A DNA stretch of 64,000 nucleotides from Phototrophicaceae bacterium (GTDB lineage Bacteria > Chloroflexota > Anaerolineae > Aggregatilineales > Phototrophicaceae): the NCBI GenBank assembly GCA_965232245.1, contig CBDDPG010000001.1, forward strand, positions 50,635 to 114,634, written 5' to 3'. The notes below the pieces were generated by a model. That model was not told where the DNA came from, did not search any database, and worked only from the letters and a program-made list of their open reading frames with translations. Each line of letters begins with the position of its first letter. Within the stretch, counting starts at the first letter, position 1. Position numbers and translations under genes: made by a program. This document shows, piece by piece, positions 18,324 through 26,707 of the stretch.

Positions 18324-19409
18324 ATGAAGATCACCAAGATTGACAGCGCCATCGTGCGCATCCCGCGCCGGCGCGAACTAGCGACGGCTTACGGCGTTTC
18401 GACCGACACCAACACGGTGGTCGTGCAGGTCCATACCGACGACGGCGTCACGGGCTTGGGCCAGACGGTCGCCCCCGCGCCTTGGGGCGGCGACCCGGTC
18501 GAGGTCATCAAGCTGCAAATCGAAGGCTACTTGCAGCCCGCGCTGCTCGGCGAAGATCCTTTCAACATCGAGCGCCTGCACCAGTTGATGCGGACTGCCC
18601 TGCGCAATGCCAACAACGCCTACACCGCCATCGACTTCGCGCTTTGGGATATCAAAGGCAAGGCGCTGGGACTGCCGGTTTATCAATTGCTGGGCGGGGC
18701 TGTCAGGCCGGGCGCGCTCTGTCATGGCTTCGTCGAGCGTGGAGAGCCGGGCGCTATGGCGGCGCGCATTGAAGAACTTGCCGCCGAGGGCTGGACCTGG
18801 TTCAAAACCAAGATCGGCTTCGGCGTCGACGAGGACCTGGCTTGGTACGGCGAACTGCTAAAGCGGGTCGACGATGGGATTCGATTTCAATTGGACGGCA
18901 ATACAGGTTATACTCTGGGCGATGCTGTCAAAGTCCTGACATCATTGGAAGCGTTGGGCGGCGTCGCCTTGTTCGAGCAGCCTGTGCGCTACCTGGACGA
19001 GATGGCTTTCCTGGCGACGCGCTTGCGCAGTCCCTTGCAGGCAGACGAAGCGACAGCCGACCCGCGCAGCGTTTACGAAATCGCCGAGCGCCGCGCCGCG
19101 CATGTCTTGCATTACAAGCTGCACAGGTACGGCGGCTTGCTGCCCGCGCAAAGGATGTCGGCTGTCGCGGAGGCGGCTGGATTGGAGATTTCGATTGCGC
19201 CATACTTTGATATCATCGCGGCCGCCGCGGCCCATCTGGCGGTGGCGACGCCGATTGCGAAGTGGCCCGCCGGCTTCTCCGATATGACCGATTCCATTCT
19301 GGCTGAGCCCTATCAGCCGCAGGGTCAAATCTTGAAGCCGCCGCCGGGCAATGGTTTGGGACTAGCCATTGATGAAGATAAACTGGCGTACTACGCTTCG
19401 TTGGAATAA
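18324..19409 (+). CDS. Enolase-superfamily enzyme, mandelate racemase/muconate lactonizing enzyme (MLE subgroup)
   Basis: 361 aa; FKTKIG (KxK), QLDGNTGY, LFEQPV, LQADEA metal/acid-base motifs. Confidence 0.85.
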   Translation: MKITKIDSAIVRIPRRRELATAYGVSTDTNTVVVQVHTDDGVTGLGQTVAPAPWGGDPVEVIKLQIEGYLQPALLGEDPFNIERLHQLMRTALRNANNAYTAIDFALWDIKGKALGLPVYQLLGGAVRPGALCHGFVERGEPGAMAARIEELAAEGWTWFKTKIGFGVDEDLAWYGELLKRVDDGIRFQLDGNTGYTLGDAVKVLTSLEALGGVALFEQPVRYLDEMAFLATRLRSPLQADEATADPRSVYEIAERRAAHVLHYKLHRYGGLLPAQRMSAVAEAAGLEISIAPYFDIIAAAAAHLAVATPIAKWPAGFSDMTDSILAEPYQPQGQILKPPPGNGLGLAIDEDKLAYYASLE

Positions 19410-19450
19410 CTTGGGAATAACTTGGAATGAGCTTCGGAATAAGTTGGAGC
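19396..19450. repeat. Degenerate tandem repeat, about 11-bp unit CTTGGAATAAG, 4-5 copies
   Basis: cttcgTTGGAATAA CTTGGGAATAA CTTGGAATGAG CTTCGGAATAAG TTGGAGC; spans the stop codon of the racemase gene (19407-19409). Confidence 0.6.
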
Positions 19451-19565
19451 GCGTTCTTTGGGGGGTTATCACATGAACATGGCAGCGAAGGAGGTGAATA
19501 TAGCCAATGCCAATTAATGACTCGTCAGTTACTATCGGAGTGTAATTTCACATAAGGAGTGAATC

Positions 19566-21152
19566 GTGAAAACTGCAAGACTTTTTCTACTTCTTAGCCT
19601 GATCGCCATGATTGGCGCACTGGCATTCGCGCCCGCCACGGCGCAAGACGACATGTCCGAATTCGTCTTCGCCCACAGCGGTCCCATCCGACCTATGGAT
19701 CCGCACTCGCACTGGTACGGCTCCACCCACCATTTGCTCAACTTGTATTACGACTGCTTGATCTGGCGCTCGGCTGACGGCAGCGGCTACGTGCCGCAAG
19801 CCGCCCACAGCTGGGAGACCGTCGACGACACCACCTGGCGCTTCCACCTGCGCGAAGGCGCTACCTTCCACAATGGCGAGCCGGTCGATGCCGCAGCCGT
19901 CAAGTGGAATATCGACCGCGTCCGCCATCCCATCGGCGACATCCCGCTCTATCAGCAATGGGCATTTGTCAAAGAAGTCGTGGTCGTGGATGACCTGACT
20001 GTGGATATCCTCACCAACGAGCCCCACGCCTACTTCGAGAATGACGTCAGCTACAACGGCTGCGAGCTGATCCCGCCCGCTTACTTCGAAGAAGTAGGCC
20101 AAGAAGAGTTCAACCGCAACCCGGTCGGCTCTGGTCCTTATACGCTGGCTGAACTCAGCGAGAACGACCGCTATGTCTTCGCCGCTTGGGACGACTATCA
20201 CAGCGGACGCCCCGAGGTTGACCGCGTGGTTTACCAGGTCATCCCCGAGCCGTCGGCGCAGGTCGCCGCCTTGCTCGCGGGACAGGTCGACATGATAAAA
20301 GGCGTGCCCGCGCCCGACCGCCCCACGATCGAAGCGACTGATGGCCTCACCCTGCTCACCGAAAGCGGCAACAGGATGTACCACTACTATGCCCGCGTCG
20401 ATACCGAGAGCGGCGCCTTCCCAGAGACCTTCCCGGATTATCAGCCGGCCACGCTGGATATCAACGTGCGCAAAGCCATCACTCACGCGCTTGATCGCCA
20501 TCTGCTGGCGGAAGTGCACGGCTCTGCCAGCGCCCGCCTGGCCCGTGTCTGCTCCTACTATCCGGAAGGCATGGCAGACAAATACGCCGATCCCGACATA
20601 ATTGCCGAATGGTACGATCCCGACATGGCGAAGGAATATCTGGCGAAAGCCGGCTATGCCGAGGGCGAAGGTCCTACCATCTACCTTGATACGCCTGTCG
20701 TTGGCCGTGGCGGCAGCGCCAAAGAAGTCGCTGAAGTCGCCGCCGCCTTGCTCGAGGATGTCGGCTTCACGGTTGATCTGACCGTCCGCGACGCCTCCGC
20801 CTTCGCTGTCGAAGTACAGCGCAGCGGCAACAACCGCGAACTGATGCTGGCGGCTCTGGGCTGCGGTCCCGCCCTGCTGCCGCTTTTCTACAATTGCGAC
20901 TGGTCGGCGGTTGCCTACAGCATTTGTGACGAAGATTGGGATGCCGTGGCAGGAGCGATCCAGGTAACGATCGATCGCGATGCTCGCCTCGACCTTTGGG
21001 AACAGTGGTGGGAATACTACATCGACTTGACCCAGACCATCACGCTATTCGAGATAACGGATGTGATGGCGCTGAATACAGCCGAATTCGATTTCACGCC
21101 GCGCAAAGACGGCTGGATGACCTTCCGCGACGTCAAGCTCGCGGGTATGTAG
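19566..21152 (+). CDS. ABC transporter substrate-binding protein, family 5 (peptide/nickel/opine type)
   Basis: 528 aa, GTG start after AAGGAG; signal-like N-terminus; family 5 pattern across its length. Confidence 0.9.
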   Translation: MKTARLFLLLSLIAMIGALAFAPATAQDDMSEFVFAHSGPIRPMDPHSHWYGSTHHLLNLYYDCLIWRSADGSGYVPQAAHSWETVDDTTWRFHLREGATFHNGEPVDAAAVKWNIDRVRHPIGDIPLYQQWAFVKEVVVVDDLTVDILTNEPHAYFENDVSYNGCELIPPAYFEEVGQEEFNRNPVGSGPYTLAELSENDRYVFAAWDDYHSGRPEVDRVVYQVIPEPSAQVAALLAGQVDMIKGVPAPDRPTIEATDGLTLLTESGNRMYHYYARVDTESGAFPETFPDYQPATLDINVRKAITHALDRHLLAEVHGSASARLARVCSYYPEGMADKYADPDIIAEWYDPDMAKEYLAKAGYAEGEGPTIYLDTPVVGRGGSAKEVAEVAAALLEDVGFTVDLTVRDASAFAVEVQRSGNNRELMLAALGCGPALLPLFYNCDWSAVAYSICDEDWDAVAGAIQVTIDRDARLDLWEQWWEYYIDLTQTITLFEITDVMALNTAEFDFTPRKDGWMTFRDVKLAGM

Positions 21153-21156
21153 TCCA

Positions 21157-21274
21157 ACCCCCTCGGTCCCCCCATCGCAATGGGGGGATGACCGCTGCAT
21201 TGTCGAGACTCTGCAGTGGAAACGCACCCCTTCCCTGATACTTCGGGGAAGGGGCCGGGGGATGGGGTAGAAAA
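21157..21274 (+). repeat. GC-rich double-hairpin MITE/REP-like element, copy 1
   Basis: Hairpin TCCCCCCATCGCAATGGGGGGA (21167-21188), hairpin CCCCTTCCCTGATACTTCGGGGAAGGGG (21227-21254), tail GGGGGATGGGGTAGAAAA; homologous to 30559-30727 and 63792-63897. Confidence 0.7.
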
Positions 21275-21276
21275 GC

Positions 21277-22194
21277 ATGCGCGGATTCTTCATCAGCCGT
21301 TTGATCCAATTGGTCGCGACCATGTTCATCGTCTCCGTGGTCGTGTTTTTCATCCTGCGCTTGAGCGGCGACCCGATCATGGTCGTAGCGCCTGACTTCT
21401 TCAGCCAGGAGCAGATCGAGCAGATGCGCAAGTTTTGGGGCTTTGACCGCCCCCTAGGCGAGCAATACATCACCTTCCTTAGTAAAGCCATAACAGGCGA
21501 TTTCGGAAAATCTTATCTAGCCAAACGCCCCGCCATGGAGTTGATCATAGAACGACTGGGTTACTCGTGGCTCTTGGCCGCGGCATCGGCCGCCATCGGC
21601 TTGACCGTCGCAGTGCCGCTCGGTATTTTGTCCGCGCTCAAGCGCAACAGCTTGCTTGACCTGATAATCACTTCACTGTCATCGCTTGGTACTGCCATGC
21701 CCAGCTTCTGGCTCGGGCTCATGCTGATTATCATATTTTCGGTGCACCTGCGCCTCCTGCCTGCCTATGGCGCTTTGGAGCCTAATTCCATCATCCTGCC
21801 CTCAGCCACGCTGGGCGTCGGCATGGCGGCGCGCCTTTCCCGCATGACTCGCTCGGCGATGCTGGAAGTGCTGAATCAAGATTATGTGCGTACCGCTCAC
21901 AGCAAGGGCTTGATGCAGAAAACTGTCATTTTGCGGCATGCCCTGCGCAATGCCCTCATCCCGATTGTCACCGTATTTGGCTTGCAGCTTGGCTGGCTCT
22001 TGGGCGGTTCGGTCGTGGTTGAAAGCGTCTTTTCCTGGCCCGGGCTGGGCCGTCTCATGATCGACTCGATCAGCGTCCGCGACAACACCGTCGTTCAAGC
22101 CGGTCTGTTATTCTATGCTTTGTCCTTTATTCTGATCAACTACGCCATTGACGCCATTTACATCGTCCTTGACCCGCGCATCAAGTTCCAATAG
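21277..22194 (+). CDS. ABC transporter permease (DppB/OppB-like)
   Basis: 305 aa; MRGFFISRLIQL N-terminus, EAA-loop region YVRTAHSKGL. Confidence 0.9.
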   Translation: MRGFFISRLIQLVATMFIVSVVVFFILRLSGDPIMVVAPDFFSQEQIEQMRKFWGFDRPLGEQYITFLSKAITGDFGKSYLAKRPAMELIIERLGYSWLLAAASAAIGLTVAVPLGILSALKRNSLLDLIITSLSSLGTAMPSFWLGLMLIIIFSVHLRLLPAYGALEPNSIILPSATLGVGMAARLSRMTRSAMLEVLNQDYVRTAHSKGLMQKTVILRHALRNALIPIVTVFGLQLGWLLGGSVVVESVFSWPGLGRLMIDSISVRDNTVVQAGLLFYALSFILINYAIDAIYIVLDPRIKFQ

Positions 22195-22197
22195 AAA

Positions 22198-23139
22198 ATG
22201 ACCATGGACACGCAGAGCAGTCAACAATCTACAATGGGGACTAAAGCGGAAGCAATAGCCGACATTTCGCCTCGCCGCAGCGCGCCTTTGCGCATTCTGT
22301 CCACCCTGCTTAAGAGTCCGGTCGGCGTAGCCGGCAGCCTGATCGTGACAGTCGTAGTGGTATTGGCTATTTTCGGACCCGTGATCTCCCCGCAGGATCC
22401 CATGGGTAGGAACATCCGCGCCCGCTTCAAGCCACCGGGTTTTGTTGACGATAGCGGCATAATGTATACGCTTGGCAACGACCAACTGGGCCGCGACATC
22501 TTAAGCCGCATCATCGCCGGCAGCCGCGTCTCGGTGCTTGTCGGCGTCGTTTCCGTGCTCATTTCGGGCACGATCGGCGTCATATACGGTCTCATCAGCG
22601 GCTTCGTCGGCGGCATCGTCGACAGCCTTCTCATGCGCATCGTCGACGGCTTGCTCGCCATTCCCTTCATCATCCTTGTCATCGCCATATCCGGCGTCGT
22701 CGGCGCGGGCTTGTCGACGCTTATCCTCATCCTCGGCTTCACCGGCTGGACCACCTATGCCCGCGTCATCCGCGGCGAGGTGCTCAAAGTGCGGGAAATG
22801 GAATATGTCATCGCCGCCTATGCCCTGGGGCAGAGGCGCGCCAAGGTCATGTTCATCCACATCTTGCCCAATGTCGTCTCTTCCGCAATCGTCCTGGCAG
22901 CCGTGCAGGTCGGCGTTACTATCCTGGCTGAATCCTCGCTCAGCTTCCTGGGCTTGGGCGTGAAGCCGCCGACGGTGACCTGGGGCTTGATGCTCTCCGA
23001 TGGCAAAACTTATATCAACAGCGCTTGGTGGATGACCGCCTACCCCGGCATCGCCATCACCATCACCGTGCTGGGCGTGGTCTTCCTCGGCGATTGGCTG
23101 CGCGACTTCCTCGATCCCAATGTCCGCGGCCGCGCCTAG
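22198..23139 (+). CDS. ABC transporter permease (DppC/OppC-like)
   Basis: 313 aa; LGNDQLGRDILSR and EYVIAAYALG motifs. Confidence 0.9.
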   Translation: MTMDTQSSQQSTMGTKAEAIADISPRRSAPLRILSTLLKSPVGVAGSLIVTVVVVLAIFGPVISPQDPMGRNIRARFKPPGFVDDSGIMYTLGNDQLGRDILSRIIAGSRVSVLVGVVSVLISGTIGVIYGLISGFVGGIVDSLLMRIVDGLLAIPFIILVIAISGVVGAGLSTLILILGFTGWTTYARVIRGEVLKVREMEYVIAAYALGQRRAKVMFIHILPNVVSSAIVLAAVQVGVTILAESSLSFLGLGVKPPTVTWGLMLSDGKTYINSAWWMTAYPGIAITITVLGVVFLGDWLRDFLDPNVRGRA

Positions 23140-23148
23140 GCAATCGCG

Positions 23149-24285
23149 GTGACCGCCCCCTTCCGCGTCCCGCGTTCCCGCGCCAACCACGTGCATCAAG
23201 CCCTGCGCGACCAAATCATGACTGCGCTCGAGCCTATCTTGTTCGACGACTACCGCAGCAGCTACACGATTCGCGCCGAATTCGAAGCCGCCTTCGCTGC
23301 CGAAATGGGACAGCGCCATGCCATCGCCACGCACTCCGGCACTATCGCTCTCTTGCTGGCGCTGCGCGCCTGCGGCATCGGACCCGGCGACGAGGTGATC
23401 ACCGTCGGCAATTCCGATGTCTCCACCACCGGCGCCATCAGCCAGTGCGGCGCGGCGCCCGTCTTGTGCGATGTGACGCTGACAGACTACACCATTGATG
23501 TCGCCCAAGTCGAAGACCTGATCACCGACAAATCTCGCGCCATCCTTCCCGTCGATCTGCACGGCCATCCAGCCAATGTCAAGGCGCTGCGCCCGCTGGC
23601 CGATCAATATGGGCTGAAAATCGTGGAAGACGCCGCCCTGGCCAGCGGCGCTTATGATCACGGGGCGCCGGTCGGCGCTTTCGCTGATGTAGCGATGTTC
23701 AGCTTCGCGCCTTTCAAGCCGCTGGGCAGCGCCGGCAACGGCGCCATGCTGGTTACGAATGACGACTCGCTCGCGGACGCGCTGCGCTTGCTGGTCAGTT
23801 ATGGGCACGTGCCTGCGACAGCCAATCAGCCGCCCGGCTATCAGAACTACGTCGCCGAAGGCTACAATGCGCCGCTTGATGGCTTGCAGGCGGCATTGCT
23901 CCTGGTCAAGCTGCCTTACCTGGCCGAATGGACAAGGCAACGCCGCGCCATCGTCAGCAGATTGGCAACCGGCCTGGCGGATAGCTCGGCGCGCCTGCCG
24001 CGCTTCCGCGCCGAATCGCAGCCGACCTTCCGCTCCTACGCCATCGCTGTCGACCAACAGCAGGCGGTTTATCAGGGACTGCGCGCCGCCGGCATTGAAG
24101 CCGTCATTCACTATGCGCCGCCGATCTATGACTATGCCGTCTACGCGAGCCAGTTCCCGCAGCGCGAAACCTTGACGGCAACCGAGCGCCTGGCAAAGCA
24201 GATTGTCAATCTACCGGTCACGCCGGAGTTGACCAGCGACGAGCTTGATTACATGATCGATGTGACGCGACGACTGATAACGTAA
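23149..24285 (+). CDS. DegT/DnrJ/EryC1/StrS family PLP-dependent aminotransferase
   Basis: 378 aa; FSFAPFKPLGSAGNGAML (Lys region) and overall family pattern. Confidence 0.85.
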   Translation: MTAPFRVPRSRANHVHQALRDQIMTALEPILFDDYRSSYTIRAEFEAAFAAEMGQRHAIATHSGTIALLLALRACGIGPGDEVITVGNSDVSTTGAISQCGAAPVLCDVTLTDYTIDVAQVEDLITDKSRAILPVDLHGHPANVKALRPLADQYGLKIVEDAALASGAYDHGAPVGAFADVAMFSFAPFKPLGSAGNGAMLVTNDDSLADALRLLVSYGHVPATANQPPGYQNYVAEGYNAPLDGLQAALLLVKLPYLAEWTRQRRAIVSRLATGLADSSARLPRFRAESQPTFRSYAIAVDQQQAVYQGLRAAGIEAVIHYAPPIYDYAVYASQFPQRETLTATERLAKQIVNLPVTPELTSDELDYMIDVTRRLIT

Positions 24286-24406
24286 GGCTAAGCGGGAATA
24301 AGCCCAAGAAAATAATATAAAATGTTGGCTTTGCAAATTTTTGTTGGAATTACTGGCGAGTCAATTGCGCCGCCCATAAAAACTGAGATTACAGGAGAAC
24401 CTAAAA

Positions 24407-25816
24407 ATGTCCGATTCTAGAAATCTTTTGGAAGAAATCGCCGATTACGCCATCAGCCTGCGCTACGAAGACATCCCGTCCGAAGCTGTTGAACTGGCGA
24501 AGATGATCGTCTTCGATTCCATTGGCACCGGGCTGGGCGGGTATCAGCGCGCATTGGGCAAAAAGGCTGTTGGCTATGCCAAAAGCATGATGGCGGGGGA
24601 TGAAGCCACACTGCTCGGCAGCGGTCAGCGCGTATCGCTCGAAGGCGCGGCTTTCGCCAATGCGGTAATGGTCAAGATCCTGGGCATGGACGATTCGCAT
24701 CGCTCGGCCGGGCATATCGCCTCGCAAGTGGTTCCAGCCGTATTGGCTGTCGGCGAGGCTTTTCACACTTCGGGCGAAGAGCTGATCATTGCCATCGTCG
24801 CCGCTTACGACTTTGCCGTGCGCGTTGGGGGGCTGGTCCGCCCCATGCAGCGAGAGCGCGGGCTCGATCTCAAAGGCACGCTAGGCGTCATTTCCGCCGC
24901 CCTGGCAATTGCCCGTTGCGCGCGTCTGGATCGCGACGCGATGATCAACTGCGTCGCGCTGGCGGCTGACCTGGCATCCGGCACCGAGCAATATGTCTAT
25001 GAAGGCGGCGCCTGCGACACTAAAGACTTGATCTCGGGTTTCGCAGCGCGCAATGCCGTTTTCGCCTTGCGCCTGGCGCAAGCCGGTTTCTACGGTCCGC
25101 GCGGCGCCCTGGACGGGGAATACGGTTTCTTCCGCGCCTTCGGCGGACGTGGCAGTGTCCACGCGCCACATGGCTACGACCGCGAACTCTTCGCCGACCT
25201 GGGCTGCAACTTCGCCATCCTCGGCACGGGTTTCAAACCTCACGGCGGCTGCCGGCACACCCATCAAGCCATCGACGCCGTGCAAGCGATTCTGCAAGGG
25301 GGTCCGCTTGACATTGCGGCGATTGAATCCATTGAGCTTGGCACCTACGGCTACGCCACCCGCCCCAGCTTCCGCGTCGACGCCAATCCGCCTTCCCGCG
25401 AGGTGGCTGGCTTGAGCATTCGCGTTTCGACAGCGGTTGCGCTGCAGCAGGGCAGCGCCTGGCCCCAAGACTTCAGCGCCTGGGATGACCCCGAAGCGCG
25501 CCGCCTGCGCAATCTGATTGATGTGCAAGTTGATAGCGAGATTGAAGCGGATTACCCGCGGCTCAACGGTTGCCGCTTGCGCATCGCCCTGGATAGCGGC
25601 GAGTTGCGCCAAGCCTATTTGCCCAATATGAAAGGCGAGCCGGAATTCCGCATGAGCCAGGAGGAACTGCGCGAGAAATTCGCCGTTCTGACGGGCGATC
25701 TTTTCCCGCCAGAGCGTGCCGAGCGCATTTACGCGCTTTGCAGCCGCTTGGAATCTCTGGCGCGGATCAGCGATCTAAGCCAACTCTGCGGCGCGGCTGA
25801 ACCAGTCCACGCCTAG
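24407..25816 (+). CDS. MmgE/PrpD family protein (paralogue 2)
   Basis: 469 aa; MDDSHRSAGHIASQVVPA and GFKPHGGCRHTHQ, collinear with 16941..18317. Confidence 0.85.
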   Translation: MSDSRNLLEEIADYAISLRYEDIPSEAVELAKMIVFDSIGTGLGGYQRALGKKAVGYAKSMMAGDEATLLGSGQRVSLEGAAFANAVMVKILGMDDSHRSAGHIASQVVPAVLAVGEAFHTSGEELIIAIVAAYDFAVRVGGLVRPMQRERGLDLKGTLGVISAALAIARCARLDRDAMINCVALAADLASGTEQYVYEGGACDTKDLISGFAARNAVFALRLAQAGFYGPRGALDGEYGFFRAFGGRGSVHAPHGYDRELFADLGCNFAILGTGFKPHGGCRHTHQAIDAVQAILQGGPLDIAAIESIELGTYGYATRPSFRVDANPPSREVAGLSIRVSTAVALQQGSAWPQDFSAWDDPEARRLRNLIDVQVDSEIEADYPRLNGCRLRIALDSGELRQAYLPNMKGEPEFRMSQEELREKFAVLTGDLFPPERAERIYALCSRLESLARISDLSQLCGAAEPVHA

Positions 25817-26664
25817 TTTTCGCGGCTTAGGATATACCAGACTTTTTCGCCCTGGCGCTGCAATCCACTGACAATATAACCCTGCGCCAGCAGCTCGGTC
25901 AGCGCCGCGCGCGCATACTGCTGCCACTGCCCGGCGCGCCCCTTGTTTTGTCGTTTCAATTCGGTGACATCGGCCGGTATTTCCACGCCGAAGTGCCCGT
26001 CGCCGCCCTTTGCTGGCTGGCGATATTGCAGCCTGCCGCCTTTTTCAACAAGCGCCATCGTCAGCGCGCCCGGCCAGTCCTGCTTGCTTGGCCGCCAGTC
26101 ACCCGCCGCCAACCCCATCACTTTGGGAGAATCGAGCTGCCACTGCGCTTCCAGGCGGTCACTGGCGAGCCCGGCATTCAGCTCGTCCTGCATCGCCCCA
26201 TAGTGATTGACATAGTAGCGGCGCGCCGCCGCCCCCAGCCGATTGAGGTTGAAATTGGCGTTGCCAGCCTGCATCGGGTCGAAGGTCCAAGCCATCACGC
26301 GATAGCCATTCGCCAGCGCCCATTCGCGCTGCGCTTGCTTGAGCGCGAAGCCGATGCCGCCGCGCTGATAATCGGGATGCACCGCCGTCATGTGCGACCA
26401 CAACCAGACTTCGTCGCCCCGTTTCGCCGCGATGCCAAAACAGAAGCCGATCAGACGGTCCTCGATCGCCGCGCCCAGCACGCTGCCGCCGGCCACGGTC
26501 GCCGCTTTCATGGTATGGGGCGAGGTGCATTCGTGATCGCGCATGCCCCAGACGTCCTTCTGCAAGGCAACCGTCTCCAGAAGATCGTTCATGGCATGCA
26601 GTTCGCGGATGTTTACCCCCCTAGAGAGGGGGGGAGCGTGGAAGGGGGGGAGATCTTGCTTCAT
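25813..26664 (-). CDS. GNAT-fold acetyltransferase-like protein
   Basis: 283 aa in longest form; HPDYQRGGIGFALKQAQREWALANGY resembles the GNAT acetyl-CoA loop; the first 24 codons are encoded by a G/C hairpin repeat, so the ATG at 26592 (MNDLLETV) is an alternative start. Confidence 0.7.
   Translation of the reverse strand: MKQDLPPFHAPPLSRGVNIRELHAMNDLLETVALQKDVWGMRDHECTSPHTMKAATVAGGSVLGAAIEDRLIGFCFGIAAKRGDEVWLWSHMTAVHPDYQRGGIGFALKQAQREWALANGYRVMAWTFDPMQAGNANFNLNRLGAAARRYYVNHYGAMQDELNAGLASDRLEAQWQLDSPKVMGLAAGDWRPSKQDWPGALTMALVEKGGRLQYRQPAKGGDGHFGVEIPADVTELKRQNKGRAGQWQQYARAALTELLAQGYIVSGLQRQGEKVWYILSREN
26616..26650. repeat. C6/G7 hairpin repeat
   Basis: CCCCCCTAGAGAGGGGGGG followed by GGAAGGGGGGG; same flavour as the other G-rich elements. 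Confidence 0.4.
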
Positions 26665-26707
26665 TTACTTAATTATCCGCACACTGCGATAAATGACCGT
26701 GAGCCTG

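Noticed and set aside
22501-24111. 536-aa minus-strand ORF overlapping the permease and DegT aminotransferase genes
   Set aside because: Same shadow-ORF signature (runs of D, A, G, R). The sense-strand genes have canonical ABC permease and DegT motifs.
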